The notes under the pieces: generated by a model
What the model saw: only the letters and a program-made list of their open reading frames with translations
Told to the model about the DNA's origin: nothing
Database searches by the model: none
Source of the DNA: Candidatus Eiseniibacteriota bacterium
GTDB taxonomy: Bacteria > Eisenbacteria > RBG-16-71-46
Assembly (NCBI GenBank): GCA_038231135.1
Contig: JBBRLX010000010.1
Span: 51,925 to 115,924 of the forward strand
Direction of reading: 5' to 3'
Length of the DNA stretch: 64,000 nt
Shown: positions 10,563 to 22,539 of the stretch, piece by piece
Position numbering within the stretch: position 1 is the stretch's first letter
Layout of the letters: each line of letters begins with the position of its first letter
Program-made: the position numbers and the translations under genes

Positions 10563-10613
10563 GCCACGAAGCGAAGGTCCAATGAGCCACGAGGCGAAGG
10601 TCCAATGAGCGTC
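10545..10613 (+). repeat. Three 23-bp tandem copies of the etfB/etfA junction, creating two MSHEAKVQ mini-ORFs (10559-10585, 10582-10608)
   Basis: gaggcgaaggtcctatgagccac / gaagcgaaggtccaatgagccac / gaggcgaaggtccaatgagcgtc. Confidence 0.95.
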
Positions 10614-11582
10614 CTGGTATTCGCCGAACAGCGCGACGGCCGGATCCGCTCGGTCACGCAGGAGGTGTTGGGCGCCGCCACGCGCATCGCGGCCGGGTTC
10701 GGCAATGAGGTCGTGGCGGTGCTGCCGTGCGCGGCCGATCCGGGCGCGGCGTCGCTCGGCGCCGCGGGCGCTTCGAAGGTGCTGGTCGTGACGCACGAGG
10801 CGTTCGCCGCTTACGACGCCGCGGGCTATACGCGCGCGGTGCTTGCGGCCGTGGAGCGCGTGAAACCGCAGGTCATCCTGTTCCCGGCGTCGTCGCTCGG
10901 CAAGGATCTCGCGCCGCGCGTAGCCGCCCGGCTCCAGGTGGGACTCGCGTCCGACTGCACGGCACTCGCCGTCGACGGCGGCCGGCTCGTCGCGACGCGC
11001 CCGGTCTACGCGGGCAAGGCGAACCAGAAGCTCGCGTTCCCGAACTCGCCGGCGATCGCCTCGCTGCGCCCCAAGCTGTTCGCCCCCGGCACGACGGCGG
11101 CCGCGGGTGCGGTCGAGAGCTTCGCCGTCGACTTCACGCCGGCGGCGGGCCGGGCGCGCGTGGTGCGCACCGCAGCCGCGTCGGGCGGCAAGGTAGATCT
11201 CACCGAGTCCGAGTTGATCGTGTCCGGCGGCCGGGGCATGAAGGGTCCCGAGAATTTCCACCTGATCGAGGAGCTGGCGGAGGCACTCGGCGCCACGGTC
11301 GGCGCGTCGCGCGCGGTCGTGGACGCCGGCTGGCGGCCGCATTCCGAGCAGGTCGGCCAGACCGGCAAGACGGTGTCGCCCAAGCTCTATGTGGCGGTCG
11401 GCATCTCGGGCGCGATCCAGCACCTCGCGGGCATGTCGTCGTCGCGCTGCATCGTGGCGATCAACAAGGATCCCGATGCGCCGATCTTCAAGGTTGCCGA
11501 CTACGGCCTGGTGGGGGACGCGTTCGAGGTGGTGCCGGCGCTGACCGCGGCGATCAAGAAGTTGAACGCCCAGCACGTGTGA
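10605..11582 (+). CDS. etfA: Electron transfer flavoprotein alpha subunit
   Basis: [47 protein letters not shown]. Confidence 0.96.
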   Translation: MSVLVFAEQRDGRIRSVTQEVLGAATRIAAGFGNEVVAVLPCAADPGAASLGAAGASKVLVVTHEAFAAYDAAGYTRAVLAAVERVKPQVILFPASSLGKDLAPRVAARLQVGLASDCTALAVDGGRLVATRPVYAGKANQKLAFPNSPAIASLRPKLFAPGTTAAAGAVESFAVDFTPAAGRARVVRTAAASGGKVDLTESELIVSGGRGMKGPENFHLIEELAEALGATVGASRAVVDAGWRPHSEQVGQTGKTVSPKLYVAVGISGAIQHLAGMSSSRCIVAINKDPDAPIFKVADYGLVGDAFEVVPALTAAIKKLNAQHV

Positions 11583-11601
11583 GCAGGAGCGGGTTCCGCG
11601 T

Positions 11602-11630
11602 TTGACCCGCCTGCGCCAAGTTCGTAGGGT
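11602..11630 (+). promoter_or_regulatory. Candidate sigma70 promoter of nuo cluster
   Basis: TTGACC-N17-TAGGGT between etfA and nuoA. Confidence 0.5.
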
Positions 11631-11693
11631 GCGGGCGGTTGCGTCCACGTCGTTCAGGGATCGAGACGCGTCGCACGGCGCGCTGGAGAACGG

Positions 11694-12050
11694 ATGCGAG
11701 AATACATTCCCGTCCTGCTGTTCGTGCTCGCCGCGATCTCGTTCGCGGGAGTCACGATCGCGGCGTCGACGATCATCATGCCGCAGCGCCGCAACGCGCG
11801 GAAGATGGCGCCCTACGAATGCGGCGTCGAGCCGGTCGGCAACGCGCGCAACCGCTACAACATCAAGTTCTACCTGGTGGCGGTGCTGTTCATCCTGTTC
11901 GACATCGAGACGATCTTTCTCTACCCCTGGGCGGTGTCGTTCCGCCAGCTCGGCCTGTACGGGCTGATCGAGATGACGCTGTTCATCGTGGTCCTGTTCG
12001 TGGGTTACGTGTACCTGCTCAAGAAGCGCGCCCTGGACTGGGAAGCGTGA
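11694..12050 (+). CDS. nuoA: NADH-quinone oxidoreductase subunit A
   Basis: PYECG, FYLVAVLFILFDIETIFLYPWA, ALDW. Confidence 0.96.
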   Translation: MREYIPVLLFVLAAISFAGVTIAASTIIMPQRRNARKMAPYECGVEPVGNARNRYNIKFYLVAVLFILFDIETIFLYPWAVSFRQLGLYGLIEMTLFIVVLFVGYVYLLKKRALDWEA

Positions 12051-12066
12051 GGCGCCGGATCCGCGG

Positions 12067-13062
12067 ATGATGGCACTGCTCCACAACCCCGACTTCCTGC
12101 TCGTATTCTGGGCGGTGATCAAGATCGCAGTGATCCTGAACGGCCTGCTCGGCGTGGTGTCGTACATGATCCTCGCCGAGCGCAAGGTCGCGGGCCGTAT
12201 GCAGGGGCGGCCCGGGCCCAACCGGGTCGGTCCCGCCGGCCTGCTCCAGCCGGCGGCCGACGTGATCAAGCTGTTCTTCAAGGAGGAGTTCACCCCGGCC
12301 CAGGCGAACTCCGTGGTGTTCCACATCGCGCCGATGCTCGCCGTGATCCCGGCGCTCGTGACGTTCTCGATCATCCCGATCGGCCCGAGCTTCGTCGGCG
12401 CCGACATCAACGTCGGGCTGCTGGTGTTCCTCGCGATGTCGAGCATCAGCGTCTACGCGGTCGCGCTCGCCGGCTGGTCGTCGAACAACAAGTACGCGCT
12501 GCTCGGCGGCATGCGCTCGTCGGCGCAGATGATCTCGTACGAGCTCGCGATGGGACTGTCCACGGTCGGCGTGCTGCTGCTGTCGGGCTCGCTGTCGATG
12601 GTCGACATCGTGCACAAGCAGGCGACGGTGCCGTTCATCGTCTACCAGCCGCTGGCGTTCCTGATCTTCATGATCACCGCGTTCGCCGAGACCAACCGCA
12701 CGCCGTTCGACCTGCCCGAGGCCGAGGCCGAGCTGGTGGCCGGGTTCCACACCGAGTATTCGAGCATGAAGTTCGGGCTGTTCTTCCTCGGCGAGTTCAT
12801 GAACGTGATCACGATCTGCTCGATCGCGACCACGCTGTTCCTCGGCGGCTGGAACGGGCCGTGGCTGCCCGAGCCCTGGAAGTTTGTGTGGTTCTTCGCC
12901 AAGCTCGCCGTGCTGGTGTTCGGGTTCATGTGGGTGCGGTGGACGTTCCCGAGATTCCGCTACGACCAGCTCATGCACCTCGGCTGGAAGGTGCTGCTGC
13001 CGCTGGCGCTCGCGAACGTCGTGGTGACCGGTTTCGCGGTCTACTGGTTGCAGAACCGATGA
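12067..13062 (+). CDS. nuoH: NADH-quinone oxidoreductase subunit H
   Basis: ERKV..QGRPGPNRVG, AQMISYE, AETNRTPFDLPEAEAELVAGF, RFRYDQLM. Confidence 0.97.
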   Translation: MMALLHNPDFLLVFWAVIKIAVILNGLLGVVSYMILAERKVAGRMQGRPGPNRVGPAGLLQPAADVIKLFFKEEFTPAQANSVVFHIAPMLAVIPALVTFSIIPIGPSFVGADINVGLLVFLAMSSISVYAVALAGWSSNNKYALLGGMRSSAQMISYELAMGLSTVGVLLLSGSLSMVDIVHKQATVPFIVYQPLAFLIFMITAFAETNRTPFDLPEAEAELVAGFHTEYSSMKFGLFFLGEFMNVITICSIATTLFLGGWNGPWLPEPWKFVWFFAKLAVLVFGFMWVRWTFPRFRYDQLMHLGWKVLLPLALANVVVTGFAVYWLQNR

Positions 13063-13766
13063 TTGCCCAGGCGATCTTCGCGGCGTTCGCCGGCGTGCTC
13101 GTGGTGTCGGGGCTGCTCGTGGTGCTGCACAAGAACCCCGTGACGAGCGCCCTGTTCCTGATCGCAGCGTTCTGCTCGCTCGCCGGCATCTACCTCACGC
13201 TCCACGCCGAGTTCCTCGGGCTGGTGCAGGTGATCGTCTACGCCGGCGCGATCATGGTGCTGTTCGTGTTCGTGATCATGTACCTGAATCTCAAGAACGA
13301 CGTCGAGAGCGGCGTGCAGACCGCGGTGCGCCGCGGCATGGGCTGGATCCTCGGCGGCGTGCTGGTCGCGGAGGCGGTGCTGTTCGTGTCGCGGCGCTGG
13401 TCGATCGGCCCCCCCGCGCCACCCGAGGCTCTTGGCGCCGCCGGCAACACCCAGGCGGTCGGGCAGGTGCTGTATTCGCGTTTCCTGTTCCCGTTCGAGA
13501 TCACGTCGATGGTGCTGCTGGTGGCGATGGTCGGGGCGATCATGATCTCGAAGCCGCGCCGCGGCGACACCGCCGGCACTCCGACCCAGGTGCCGCACCG
13601 CGCCAACGTCACGCCGACGCCGGCCGAGCTGGCCACCGCGCCTCACGGCGGCGTGGCGGGCAGCCCGCCGCCGCCGCACGCGGTCGAGGGCCGGCCGCGC
13701 GAACTCTACATCCCGGAGTTCGATCCACCTGACGAACGATCTCCGAACGCGGAGGGTTCCCGGTGA
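13059..13766 (+). CDS. nuoJ: NADH-quinone oxidoreductase subunit J with Pro-rich C-terminal tail
   Basis: [35 protein letters not shown] overlap with nuoH. Confidence 0.94.
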   Translation: MIAQAIFAAFAGVLVVSGLLVVLHKNPVTSALFLIAAFCSLAGIYLTLHAEFLGLVQVIVYAGAIMVLFVFVIMYLNLKNDVESGVQTAVRRGMGWILGGVLVAEAVLFVSRRWSIGPPAPPEALGAAGNTQAVGQVLYSRFLFPFEITSMVLLVAMVGAIMISKPRRGDTAGTPTQVPHRANVTPTPAELATAPHGGVAGSPPPPHAVEGRPRELYIPEFDPPDERSPNAEGSR

Positions 13767-14065
13767 TTCCACTGTCCTGGCCACTGCTGCTGTCGGCCGC
13801 GCTGTTCACCACCGGCATCGTCGGCGTGCTCGTCCGCCGCAATGCGATCGTGATCTTCATGTCGGTCGAGCTGATGCTCAACGCCGGCAACCTGGCGTTC
13901 GTGGCGTTCGCCCGCCAGATGAACTCGCTCGACGGGCAGGTGTTCGTGTTCTTCGTGATGACCGTGGCCGCCGCCGAGGTCGCGGTGGGCCTCGCGATCA
14001 TCGTGAACATGTTCCGGCTGCGCGAGTCGGTGTTCGTCGACGAATTCAACCTGCTCAAGGGCTGA
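13763..14065 (+). CDS. nuoK: NADH-quinone oxidoreductase subunit K
   Basis: [23 protein letters not shown]. Confidence 0.96.
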   Translation: MIPLSWPLLLSAALFTTGIVGVLVRRNAIVIFMSVELMLNAGNLAFVAFARQMNSLDGQVFVFFVMTVAAAEVAVGLAIIVNMFRLRESVFVDEFNLLKG

Positions 14066-14068
14066 TCT

Positions 14069-16030
<1,962 letters not shown>

Positions 16031-16034
16031 TCCC

Positions 16035-17654
16035 ATGCCGTTTCCCTGGCTGAGCTGGCTGATCTTCTTCCCGCTGATGGGCGCCGTGCTGATCGCGTTC
16101 ATGCCGCCGGACGCCGAGCGGCTGATCCGCCGCTGGGCGACCACCGTCGCGGTCGCGGAGTTCGCGTTCTCGCTGCCGCTGTGGTGGCGGTTCGTGCCCG
16201 GCGGCCCGGCGTTCCAGTTCGTCGAGCAGCGCAGCTGGCTGCCCGGGCTCGGCGCCACGTATCACGTGGGCGTCGACGGCATCGCCGTGCTGCTGGTGCT
16301 GCTCACCACGCTCATCACGGCACTCGCGGTGATCGGCTCGGCGACCGCGGTGCACAAGCGCCCGCGCGAGTACTACGCGCTGCTGCTCGCGCTCGAGACC
16401 GGCATGCTCGGCACGTTCCTCACCCTGGACCTCCTGCTGTTCTATTTCTTCTGGGAGGCCATGCTGATCCCGATGTACCTGCTCATCGGCGTGTGGGGCG
16501 GCCCGAGGCGTGTGTACGCGGCGGTCAAGTTCTTCCTCTACACCTTGGCCGGCAGCGTGCTGATGCTGGTGGCGATCCTGTGGCTCTACAACCTGAACCG
16601 CGCCGTGACCGGCGTGCCGTCGTTCGATCTCGAATCGTTCTACCGCCTCACGATCCCGCCGGCGACCCAGGTGTGGCTGTTCCTGGCGTTCGCGTTCGCG
16701 TTCGCGATCAAGGTGCCGATGTTCCCCTTCCACACCTGGCTGCCCGACGCGCACGTCGAGGCGCCCACGGCGGGGTCGGTGATCCTGGCGGCGATCCTGC
16801 TCAAGATGGGTACGTTCGGATTCATCCGCTACGCGATCCCGCTGTTCCCCGTGGCGTCGCACCTGTTCACGCCGTGGATCGTCGGCCTGGCGCTGGTGGG
16901 CATCGTGTACGGCGCGCTGGTGGCCATGGTGCAGCCCGATCTCAAGAAGCTCGTGGCGTACTCGTCCGTCAGCCACCTCGGGTTCTGCATGCTTGGCCTC
17001 TACGCCATGAACGCGCAGGGCTTCGCGGGCTCGATGCTGCAGATGATCAACCACGGCATCACCGCGGGCGCGTTGTTCCTGCTCGTCGGCGTCGTCTACG
17101 AGCGACGGCACACGCGGCTGATCTCGGACTTCGGCGGCCTGTGGAAGCCGCTGCCCGTGTACGCCGTGGTGTTCCTCGTCGTGATGCTGGCGTCGATCGG
17201 GCTGCCCGGCACCAACGGCTTCGTCGGCGAGTTCCTCGTGCTGCTCGGCGCGTTCCGCGCCCACGCGTGGTGGGCCGCCGTCGCCGCGACCGGCGTGATC
17301 CTGTCGGCGTGCTACATGCTGTGGATGTTCCAGCGCGTGATGTTCGGTCCCGTGACCCACCCCGAGAACGAGAAGCTCTCGGACCTCACGTTCCGCGAGC
17401 GGCTGGTGTTCGCCCCGCTCGTGCTGCTGATCTTCTGGCTCGGCGTCTACCCGCAGCCGTTCCTCGACCGCATGCAGCCCGCGCTCGACCGCACGCTGCT
17501 GATGGCGCGCGAGCGCTCCGAAGTCGCGACCGGCATGGCCGGTGCGGTCAGCTCGGCCACCGGCGCCGCCGGCGCCACCACAAGGCCTGCGCCGCGTCCC
17601 GTCGTCGCCGCGGCGCCTGGCGCTCCGGCGGCCGCGACGGAGCCCGTCCGATGA
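16035..17654 (+). CDS. nuoM: NADH-quinone oxidoreductase subunit M
   Basis: FWEAMLIPM, KVPMFPFHTWLPDAHVEAP, LLKMG, GLPGTNGFVGEF. Confidence 0.97.
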   Translation: MPFPWLSWLIFFPLMGAVLIAFMPPDAERLIRRWATTVAVAEFAFSLPLWWRFVPGGPAFQFVEQRSWLPGLGATYHVGVDGIAVLLVLLTTLITALAVIGSATAVHKRPREYYALLLALETGMLGTFLTLDLLLFYFFWEAMLIPMYLLIGVWGGPRRVYAAVKFFLYTLAGSVLMLVAILWLYNLNRAVTGVPSFDLESFYRLTIPPATQVWLFLAFAFAFAIKVPMFPFHTWLPDAHVEAPTAGSVILAAILLKMGTFGFIRYAIPLFPVASHLFTPWIVGLALVGIVYGALVAMVQPDLKKLVAYSSVSHLGFCMLGLYAMNAQGFAGSMLQMINHGITAGALFLLVGVVYERRHTRLISDFGGLWKPLPVYAVVFLVVMLASIGLPGTNGFVGEFLVLLGAFRAHAWWAAVAATGVILSACYMLWMFQRVMFGPVTHPENEKLSDLTFRERLVFAPLVLLIFWLGVYPQPFLDRMQPALDRTLLMARERSEVATGMAGAVSSATGAAGATTRPAPRPVVAAAPGAPAAATEPVR

Positions 17655-19123
17655 TCCCGGGCGTCGTGCCGCAGCCGCAGTTCCTCGCCGTCGACTGGTG
17701 GGCGCTGGGCCCGCTGATCGCGCTCACGGTGGGCATTCTCGGGCTCCTGATGATGGAGTTCCTGCCCGGCCGCTCGAAGAGCGCGCGTTCGGCAGTGGTG
17801 TCGTTGCTGGTGCTCGCGGTCTCCGCCTACTGCGTGTATCACGTGCGCATGGATCGCCGCTCGCTGTTCGAGGGCATGTTCCTGCACGACGGCATGACCG
17901 TGTTCTTCACGCTGCTGTTCCTGGGCACCGCGGCGATCGGCGTGCTGCTGTCGTGGGACTACGTCAAGCGCACTCACATCGACCACTCCGAGTACTACGC
18001 GCTGATCCTGTCGGCGACCATGGGCATGATCGTGATGGCCGCATCGAACGACCTGATCACGATCTTCCTCGGCCTCGAGCTGATGTCGCTCGCGCTCTAC
18101 GTGCTCGTGGGGTTCCGCCGCAATCAACTCGAGTCGAACGAGGCCGCGCTCAAGTACTTCCTGCTGGGCGCGTTCGCGAGTGGGTTCCTGTTGTATGGGA
18201 TCGCGCTGCTCTATGGCGCCACCGGCACCACGAACATCGGCCGCATGGCGCAATACCTCGCGGACTCGCCGGCCACGTCGAACCCGCTGCTGATCGCGGG
18301 TGCGCTGCTCGTGGTGATCGGGCTCGCGTTCAAGGTGTCGGCCGTGCCGTTCCACATGTGGACGCCCGACGCCTACCAGGGCGCGCCGACCCCCGTGACC
18401 GCGTTCATGTCGGCGGGGGCGAAGGCCGCGGGGTTCGCGGCGCTGCTGCGGATCGCGTTGCTGGTGCTCGCGAACACGCACGCCCACTGGGACGTGGCGC
18501 TGTCGTGGATCGCCGTGATCACGATGACGATCGGCAACGTGACGGCGCTGTTCCAGAGCAACGTCAAGCGCATGCTCGCGTACTCGAGCATCGCGCACGC
18601 CGGCTACATCCTGGTCGCGGTGGTCGCCGGCGGCACCGAGGGCGCGGGCGCCGCGCTGTTCTACCTCGCCGTCTATTCGTTCATGAACCTGGGCGCGTTC
18701 GGCGTGCTGTCGCTGCTGGGCCGCGACGGCGATGAGCGCGTGCTGGTTTCGGACCTGGCCGGGCTGGGCTTCAAGCAGCCGGCGCTCGCGCTCGCGATGT
18801 CGCTGTTCATGGTCTCGCTCGGCGGCATCCCGCCGACCGCCGGATTCATGGGTAAGGTGTACGTGTTCGGCGTGGCGCTGCGCGCCGGGCTCGTGCCGCT
18901 CGTGATCGTCGGCGTGCTCAACAGCGTGGTGTCGGTGTTCTACTACCTGCGCATCACGGTCGCCATGTACATGGAGGAGCCGCGCGGCGAGACCGTCCCC
19001 GTGTCATGGGCGCTCCCGTCCGCCGTCGCGCTCGCGATCTCGGCCACGCTCACCGTGTGGTGGGGCCTGCAGGCGCACACGCTGCTCGAACAGGCGCGCA
19101 ACGCCGTGCAGGGGCTGCTGTAG
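17651..19123 (+). CDS. nuoN: NADH-quinone oxidoreductase subunit N
   Basis: EAALKYF, FKVSAVPFHMWTPDAYQGAP, KRMLAYSSIAHAG, GIPPTAGF.GK. Confidence 0.97.
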   Translation: MIPGVVPQPQFLAVDWWALGPLIALTVGILGLLMMEFLPGRSKSARSAVVSLLVLAVSAYCVYHVRMDRRSLFEGMFLHDGMTVFFTLLFLGTAAIGVLLSWDYVKRTHIDHSEYYALILSATMGMIVMAASNDLITIFLGLELMSLALYVLVGFRRNQLESNEAALKYFLLGAFASGFLLYGIALLYGATGTTNIGRMAQYLADSPATSNPLLIAGALLVVIGLAFKVSAVPFHMWTPDAYQGAPTPVTAFMSAGAKAAGFAALLRIALLVLANTHAHWDVALSWIAVITMTIGNVTALFQSNVKRMLAYSSIAHAGYILVAVVAGGTEGAGAALFYLAVYSFMNLGAFGVLSLLGRDGDERVLVSDLAGLGFKQPALALAMSLFMVSLGGIPPTAGFMGKVYVFGVALRAGLVPLVIVGVLNSVVSVFYYLRITVAMYMEEPRGETVPVSWALPSAVALAISATLTVWWGLQAHTLLEQARNAVQGLL

Positions 19124-20270
19124 GGGGACAGTCCCCAGGGCCGCCGCCTTGCCACGCAATCGCAGGGACCCGCGCTTCGAGCTTCTTCGAGTCGCCCCAG
19201 CGGGTGTTCGGCGGCACATCGGGCGCATCCGCCGCGGGACGATACCGGGCGATCGCAGCCAGCGCCGGATCGCGATGCCCGAGCCAGTCCGCATACGTTC
19301 CCATCGCGGGCAGGTCGGGGGCGATGAACTCGCGGGGATCGCGTGGGTCCGAGCCCGTCCAGGGCAGCGTCGAGATGCGCACGATCAGGCCGCTCGCGGG
19401 CAGTGTCACGTGCGCGGGATCGCCGAAGGAGTTGGGCGCCCCGCCGGTGGGTTCGCCGACGAACAGCGCGTGGGTCTCGCGCTCGAGATCGGCCGCCAGC
19501 GAGACCGCGGCCGAGAACGTGCCGCGATCGACGATCACGAACACGCCGCCCGGCCGGTCGAGCACGGGTCGCATGATCACGCCGTGAACGAGGGGCTGGT
19601 TGAGGTAGTTGTTGCCGCCGCCGTTGGCGCGCAAGTCGAGAATCAGTCGGCGCGAGCCGACCGAATCCACGTGGGAGAACAGCCGCGCCGCGAACTGCGC
19701 CAGGCGCTCGCCCGCCGGAGCGTCCGCGATCTCGCGAATGCGCGCGAACACGGTATGCGCGCTGTCACCCAGATCGGCGAAGCCGAACGGGGCCGGCAGG
19801 CTGCGGGTGAGTGGCAGCGGGACGCGAGACGCGTCATCGGCATGCGCCGAGGTCGCGCGCACGATCCACAGCCCGTCCGCGAAGACTCCGAACCCGATCG
19901 GATACGCCACGTCGAGTCCCGGGCCGGGCAGCGGGGCAAGCGTGGGCTGGGAATGCGAGGCCAGCCGGACCTGGTCCAGCCGCGAGTGCCCGTCGTGAAG
20001 CATGCCCAGGATCCGCGAGAGCCCGGCCACCGCCTGGTCGTAACGGAGCGCCGGCAGCCGTTGCTCGAAATCGGCCGCCGCCGAGTCGAAGGCGGCACGG
20101 TGGTTCCAGCGGTAGGGGCGGGGGTGCAGCGAGTCCACGGCCGCAACCATATGGCGGGCGTCGCCGCCCCATGTCGACGGGTCGATGGTGTCCGCGTGCG
20201 AACCGGTGGCGGAGCCGGCGACCGCGAACGCAGCGGCCAGGGTGAATCGAAGCGCATGAGTCTGGAGCAC
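19050..20270 (-). CDS. Peptidase S41-like secreted protein, possibly internally deleted or degenerate
   Basis: DGHS, ILDLRANGGG, TFSAA, GEPTGG motifs and a signal-like N-terminus. 3' end runs 74 bp antisense into nuoN. Confidence 0.65.
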   Translation of the reverse strand: MLQTHALRFTLAAAFAVAGSATGSHADTIDPSTWGGDARHMVAAVDSLHPRPYRWNHRAAFDSAAADFEQRLPALRYDQAVAGLSRILGMLHDGHSRLDQVRLASHSQPTLAPLPGPGLDVAYPIGFGVFADGLWIVRATSAHADDASRVPLPLTRSLPAPFGFADLGDSAHTVFARIREIADAPAGERLAQFAARLFSHVDSVGSRRLILDLRANGGGNNYLNQPLVHGVIMRPVLDRPGGVFVIVDRGTFSAAVSLAADLERETHALFVGEPTGGAPNSFGDPAHVTLPASGLIVRISTLPWTGSDPRDPREFIAPDLPAMGTYADWLGHRDPALAAIARYRPAADAPDVPPNTRWGDSKKLEARVPAIAWQGGGPGDCPPTAAPARRCAPVRAACAPAGPTTR

Positions 20271-20272
20271 GC

Positions 20273-21265
20273 CTACCGCACGGCCTCGAACACGCGCACC
20301 TCGGCCCGCTGCCGGCCTCGATGCGGCACCGCGACATACAGCCGGCCGAGTTCGGGGACGAACAGCGCCGTGCGGGCGCCGCGCGCGGTAGGGATGCTCG
20401 CCACTCTCGCCAAACCGGATGTGCCCTCGGGCGCGATCACGTCGAGGGTTCCGGCGCCACAGCTCGCATAGAGCCGTCCGCGTCGGACGTCGTAGTAGAG
20501 GTCGTCCACGTCGCCATTCACGGGGACGGCCGCCACGCGACGCCCCGTCTGCGTGTCGTAGACGAGGACGGCCGCAGGCCGGCGGCATCCCACGAACAGG
20601 CGATGACCGGCCTCGTCGAGCGCCATGGGAAAATTCGCCGCATAACCCTCCAGCCGCCATTCGGCGAACACCTGGCCCTGGGCTCGATCAACGACCGCGA
20701 CTTCGCCGGCATCGGGGACGTTCACGAAGATCCGCGGGCCTTTCGATTCGAGCTGAAACGACTCCGGGTGGGCGCGCAGCGGGATGCTGCCGAGGCTGTC
20801 ACCGGTCGTCGCGTTCAGCACGCCGAGCGCTCCGTTTCCGTAGCCGACGTAGATCCGCTTCGCGCTCGCGTCGTACCGGACATTGTCCGCGTCGCTCGAC
20901 AGCCCCACGCGCCGCAGTCGCCCGAGTGAGCTTCCGTCCAGCACCTCGACGGTGCCGTCGCCTCCGTTGGACACGAACACCCGTTTCAGGGTTGGAATGA
21001 ATTCGACCCCCTGAGGCTCGAGGAAGCCCCCGATGGTGCGAATCGTTCGGCCCGTAGCCAGATCCACGATGGTGAGGCTGTTGCCCCCAAACGCTACGAG
21101 GAACAGCCGCCTGCGGGCGAGGTCCACCTCCATGTGGTCGATACGGCCTTCGACCCCGCGGAGCGGGATGCTCTGGACGAGCCGCAGTGGCGATGGCGGC
21201 GCGACGATCGTCGCGGATCCCGACCCCACAGCTCCGGCGAGAACGAGCGCAAGGAGGTGACTCAT
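20273..21265 (-). CDS. YncE/YVTN-like secreted beta-propeller protein
   Basis: Signal peptide, repeated blades (RIDHM..RRLF, EPQG, DADNVRYD, HPESFQL, NFPMALD..RLFVGCR). Confidence 0.8.
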   Translation of the reverse strand: MSHLLALVLAGAVGSGSATIVAPPSPLRLVQSIPLRGVEGRIDHMEVDLARRRLFLVAFGGNSLTIVDLATGRTIRTIGGFLEPQGVEFIPTLKRVFVSNGGDGTVEVLDGSSLGRLRRVGLSSDADNVRYDASAKRIYVGYGNGALGVLNATTGDSLGSIPLRAHPESFQLESKGPRIFVNVPDAGEVAVVDRAQGQVFAEWRLEGYAANFPMALDEAGHRLFVGCRRPAAVLVYDTQTGRRVAAVPVNGDVDDLYYDVRRGRLYASCGAGTLDVIAPEGTSGLARVASIPTARGARTALFVPELGRLYVAVPHRGRQRAEVRVFEAVR

Positions 21266-21313
21266 GAGTGCGTCCTCAGCGGATTCCAATGGCAGGAAAC
21301 GGCCGCCGCGGCC

Positions 21314-22465
21314 TCAGTGACGATGCCGGTGGTGGACGTCATGGACATGCGGATGACGATGAGTGAGAGCGGCGTGCCGGTGCGAATGCGCGTGCGGCAC
21401 CTGGGCTAGCTCCTCGGGCGTGTGCTCATGCTGGTGGTGTTCATCGTGCTCATGTTCGTGAGCGTGGACCAGCGCTCCATGCGTATGGAGGTGGTCATGC
21501 CGGTCCGTGGCAAGGAGCAGCGCCCCGGCGGTCATGAGTACGAGCGCCGCAATGCCGGCGACCTCGATGGGTTCGTGCAGGAACAACCAGGACAGCAGTG
21601 CGGCAAATCCAGGAGCAAGGGCGAAGAGCATCCCGGTCTGCAGGACTCCCAACTGCCGGAGCCCGCGGACGAACAGGGTGATGGAGACCCCGAAGGAAAT
21701 CGCCCCGACCAGCATGGCGACAACGGCCCGCAGGAGCGTCCAGTGTCCGAATCCGCTGAACGCGGCCGCAAGGAGCAAGCTGGTGGCTCCACCCGCGAGG
21801 CCTTTCACCGCCACGATCTGCCTTGCATCGCGCAGGCTCACCCGCTGCGTCAGATTGTTGTCGAGACCCCACAAGGCGCAGGCGCCAACTACCAGGGCGA
21901 CCCCGCTCCATCGTGTGGCGCCCATGGGCGTGCCTCCGCCCGGAAACGAGAGGAGAACCGCGCCCGAGATGACCGCGAGCGCTCCGAGCCAGCCGCGCCG
22001 GCCCAGGTACTCACCCGACAACAGGACTCCCAGACCCACCGTGAACACGGCTTCGAAGTTGAGGAGGAGACCGGCGACGTGGCCGCTCACCTGCCGGAGG
22101 CCGACGAACAGCAGCAGCGGCGCGAGAACCCCGCCCGAGAGCACCGCCCCGCCCAGCCACAACCACTCGCTGCCGCGCAACGCATTCCTGCTCTCCGCCG
22201 GCAGTCCGCGCCGTCGCACGGCCAGCAGGATCGCGCACAGCAACCCGGCCGAGAGGTAGAACGCGCCCGATAGCGCCAGCGGCTCGACATCGCTCAGCAG
22301 CCGCTTGCCTGCCGGCACGCTCGCCGCAAACGCGAGCGCCGCGAGCACGACCTCGGCTTGTCCGCGGCGCAGGCGTAAGTGGCGCGATTTCCCGGCTGCA
22401 TCAATGCTCGTGATGGGCACGGTCGTGCTCCTCGGGCGAATTCCCAGCGTGCGCGACACTAGCAA
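21314..22465 (-). CDS. DMT/EamA-family transporter with His-rich C-terminal tail (start uncertain)
   Basis: Two EamA-like repeats (LLLNFEAVFT, WGLDNNLT), tail HDHLHTH..HAHEHEHDEHHQHEH..HPHVHDVHHRHRH. Confidence 0.85.
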   Translation of the reverse strand: MLVSRTLGIRPRSTTVPITSIDAAGKSRHLRLRRGQAEVVLAALAFAASVPAGKRLLSDVEPLALSGAFYLSAGLLCAILLAVRRRGLPAESRNALRGSEWLWLGGAVLSGGVLAPLLLFVGLRQVSGHVAGLLLNFEAVFTVGLGVLLSGEYLGRRGWLGALAVISGAVLLSFPGGGTPMGATRWSGVALVVGACALWGLDNNLTQRVSLRDARQIVAVKGLAGGATSLLLAAAFSGFGHWTLLRAVVAMLVGAISFGVSITLFVRGLRQLGVLQTGMLFALAPGFAALLSWLFLHEPIEVAGIAALVLMTAGALLLATDRHDHLHTHGALVHAHEHEHDEHHQHEHTPEELAQVPHAHSHRHAALTHRHPHVHDVHHRHRH

Positions 22466-22474
22466 GTTGTCCTG

Positions 22475-22530
22475 AACGCGGGCCTAACCTCAACACGGGC
22501 CTAACCTCGTTCGTCTGCCTGCCTGCCTGC
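22475..22530. repeat. Two 17-bp direct repeats followed by (CTGC)4
   Basis: aacgcgggcctaacctc (22475-22491), aacacgggcctaacctc (22492-22508), ctgc x4 (22515-22530). Confidence 0.85.
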
Positions 22531-22539
22531 CGCGTGTCG

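Noticed and set aside
10545..10613. Tandem repeats as a CRISPR array
   Set aside because: The 23-bp units are contiguous with no spacers, derive from the etfB/etfA junction, and no cas genes are present.
16181..19123. 980-aa NuoN fusion
   Set aside because: The N-terminal half is an alternate frame of nuoM. The real start is the ATGA overlap at 17651.
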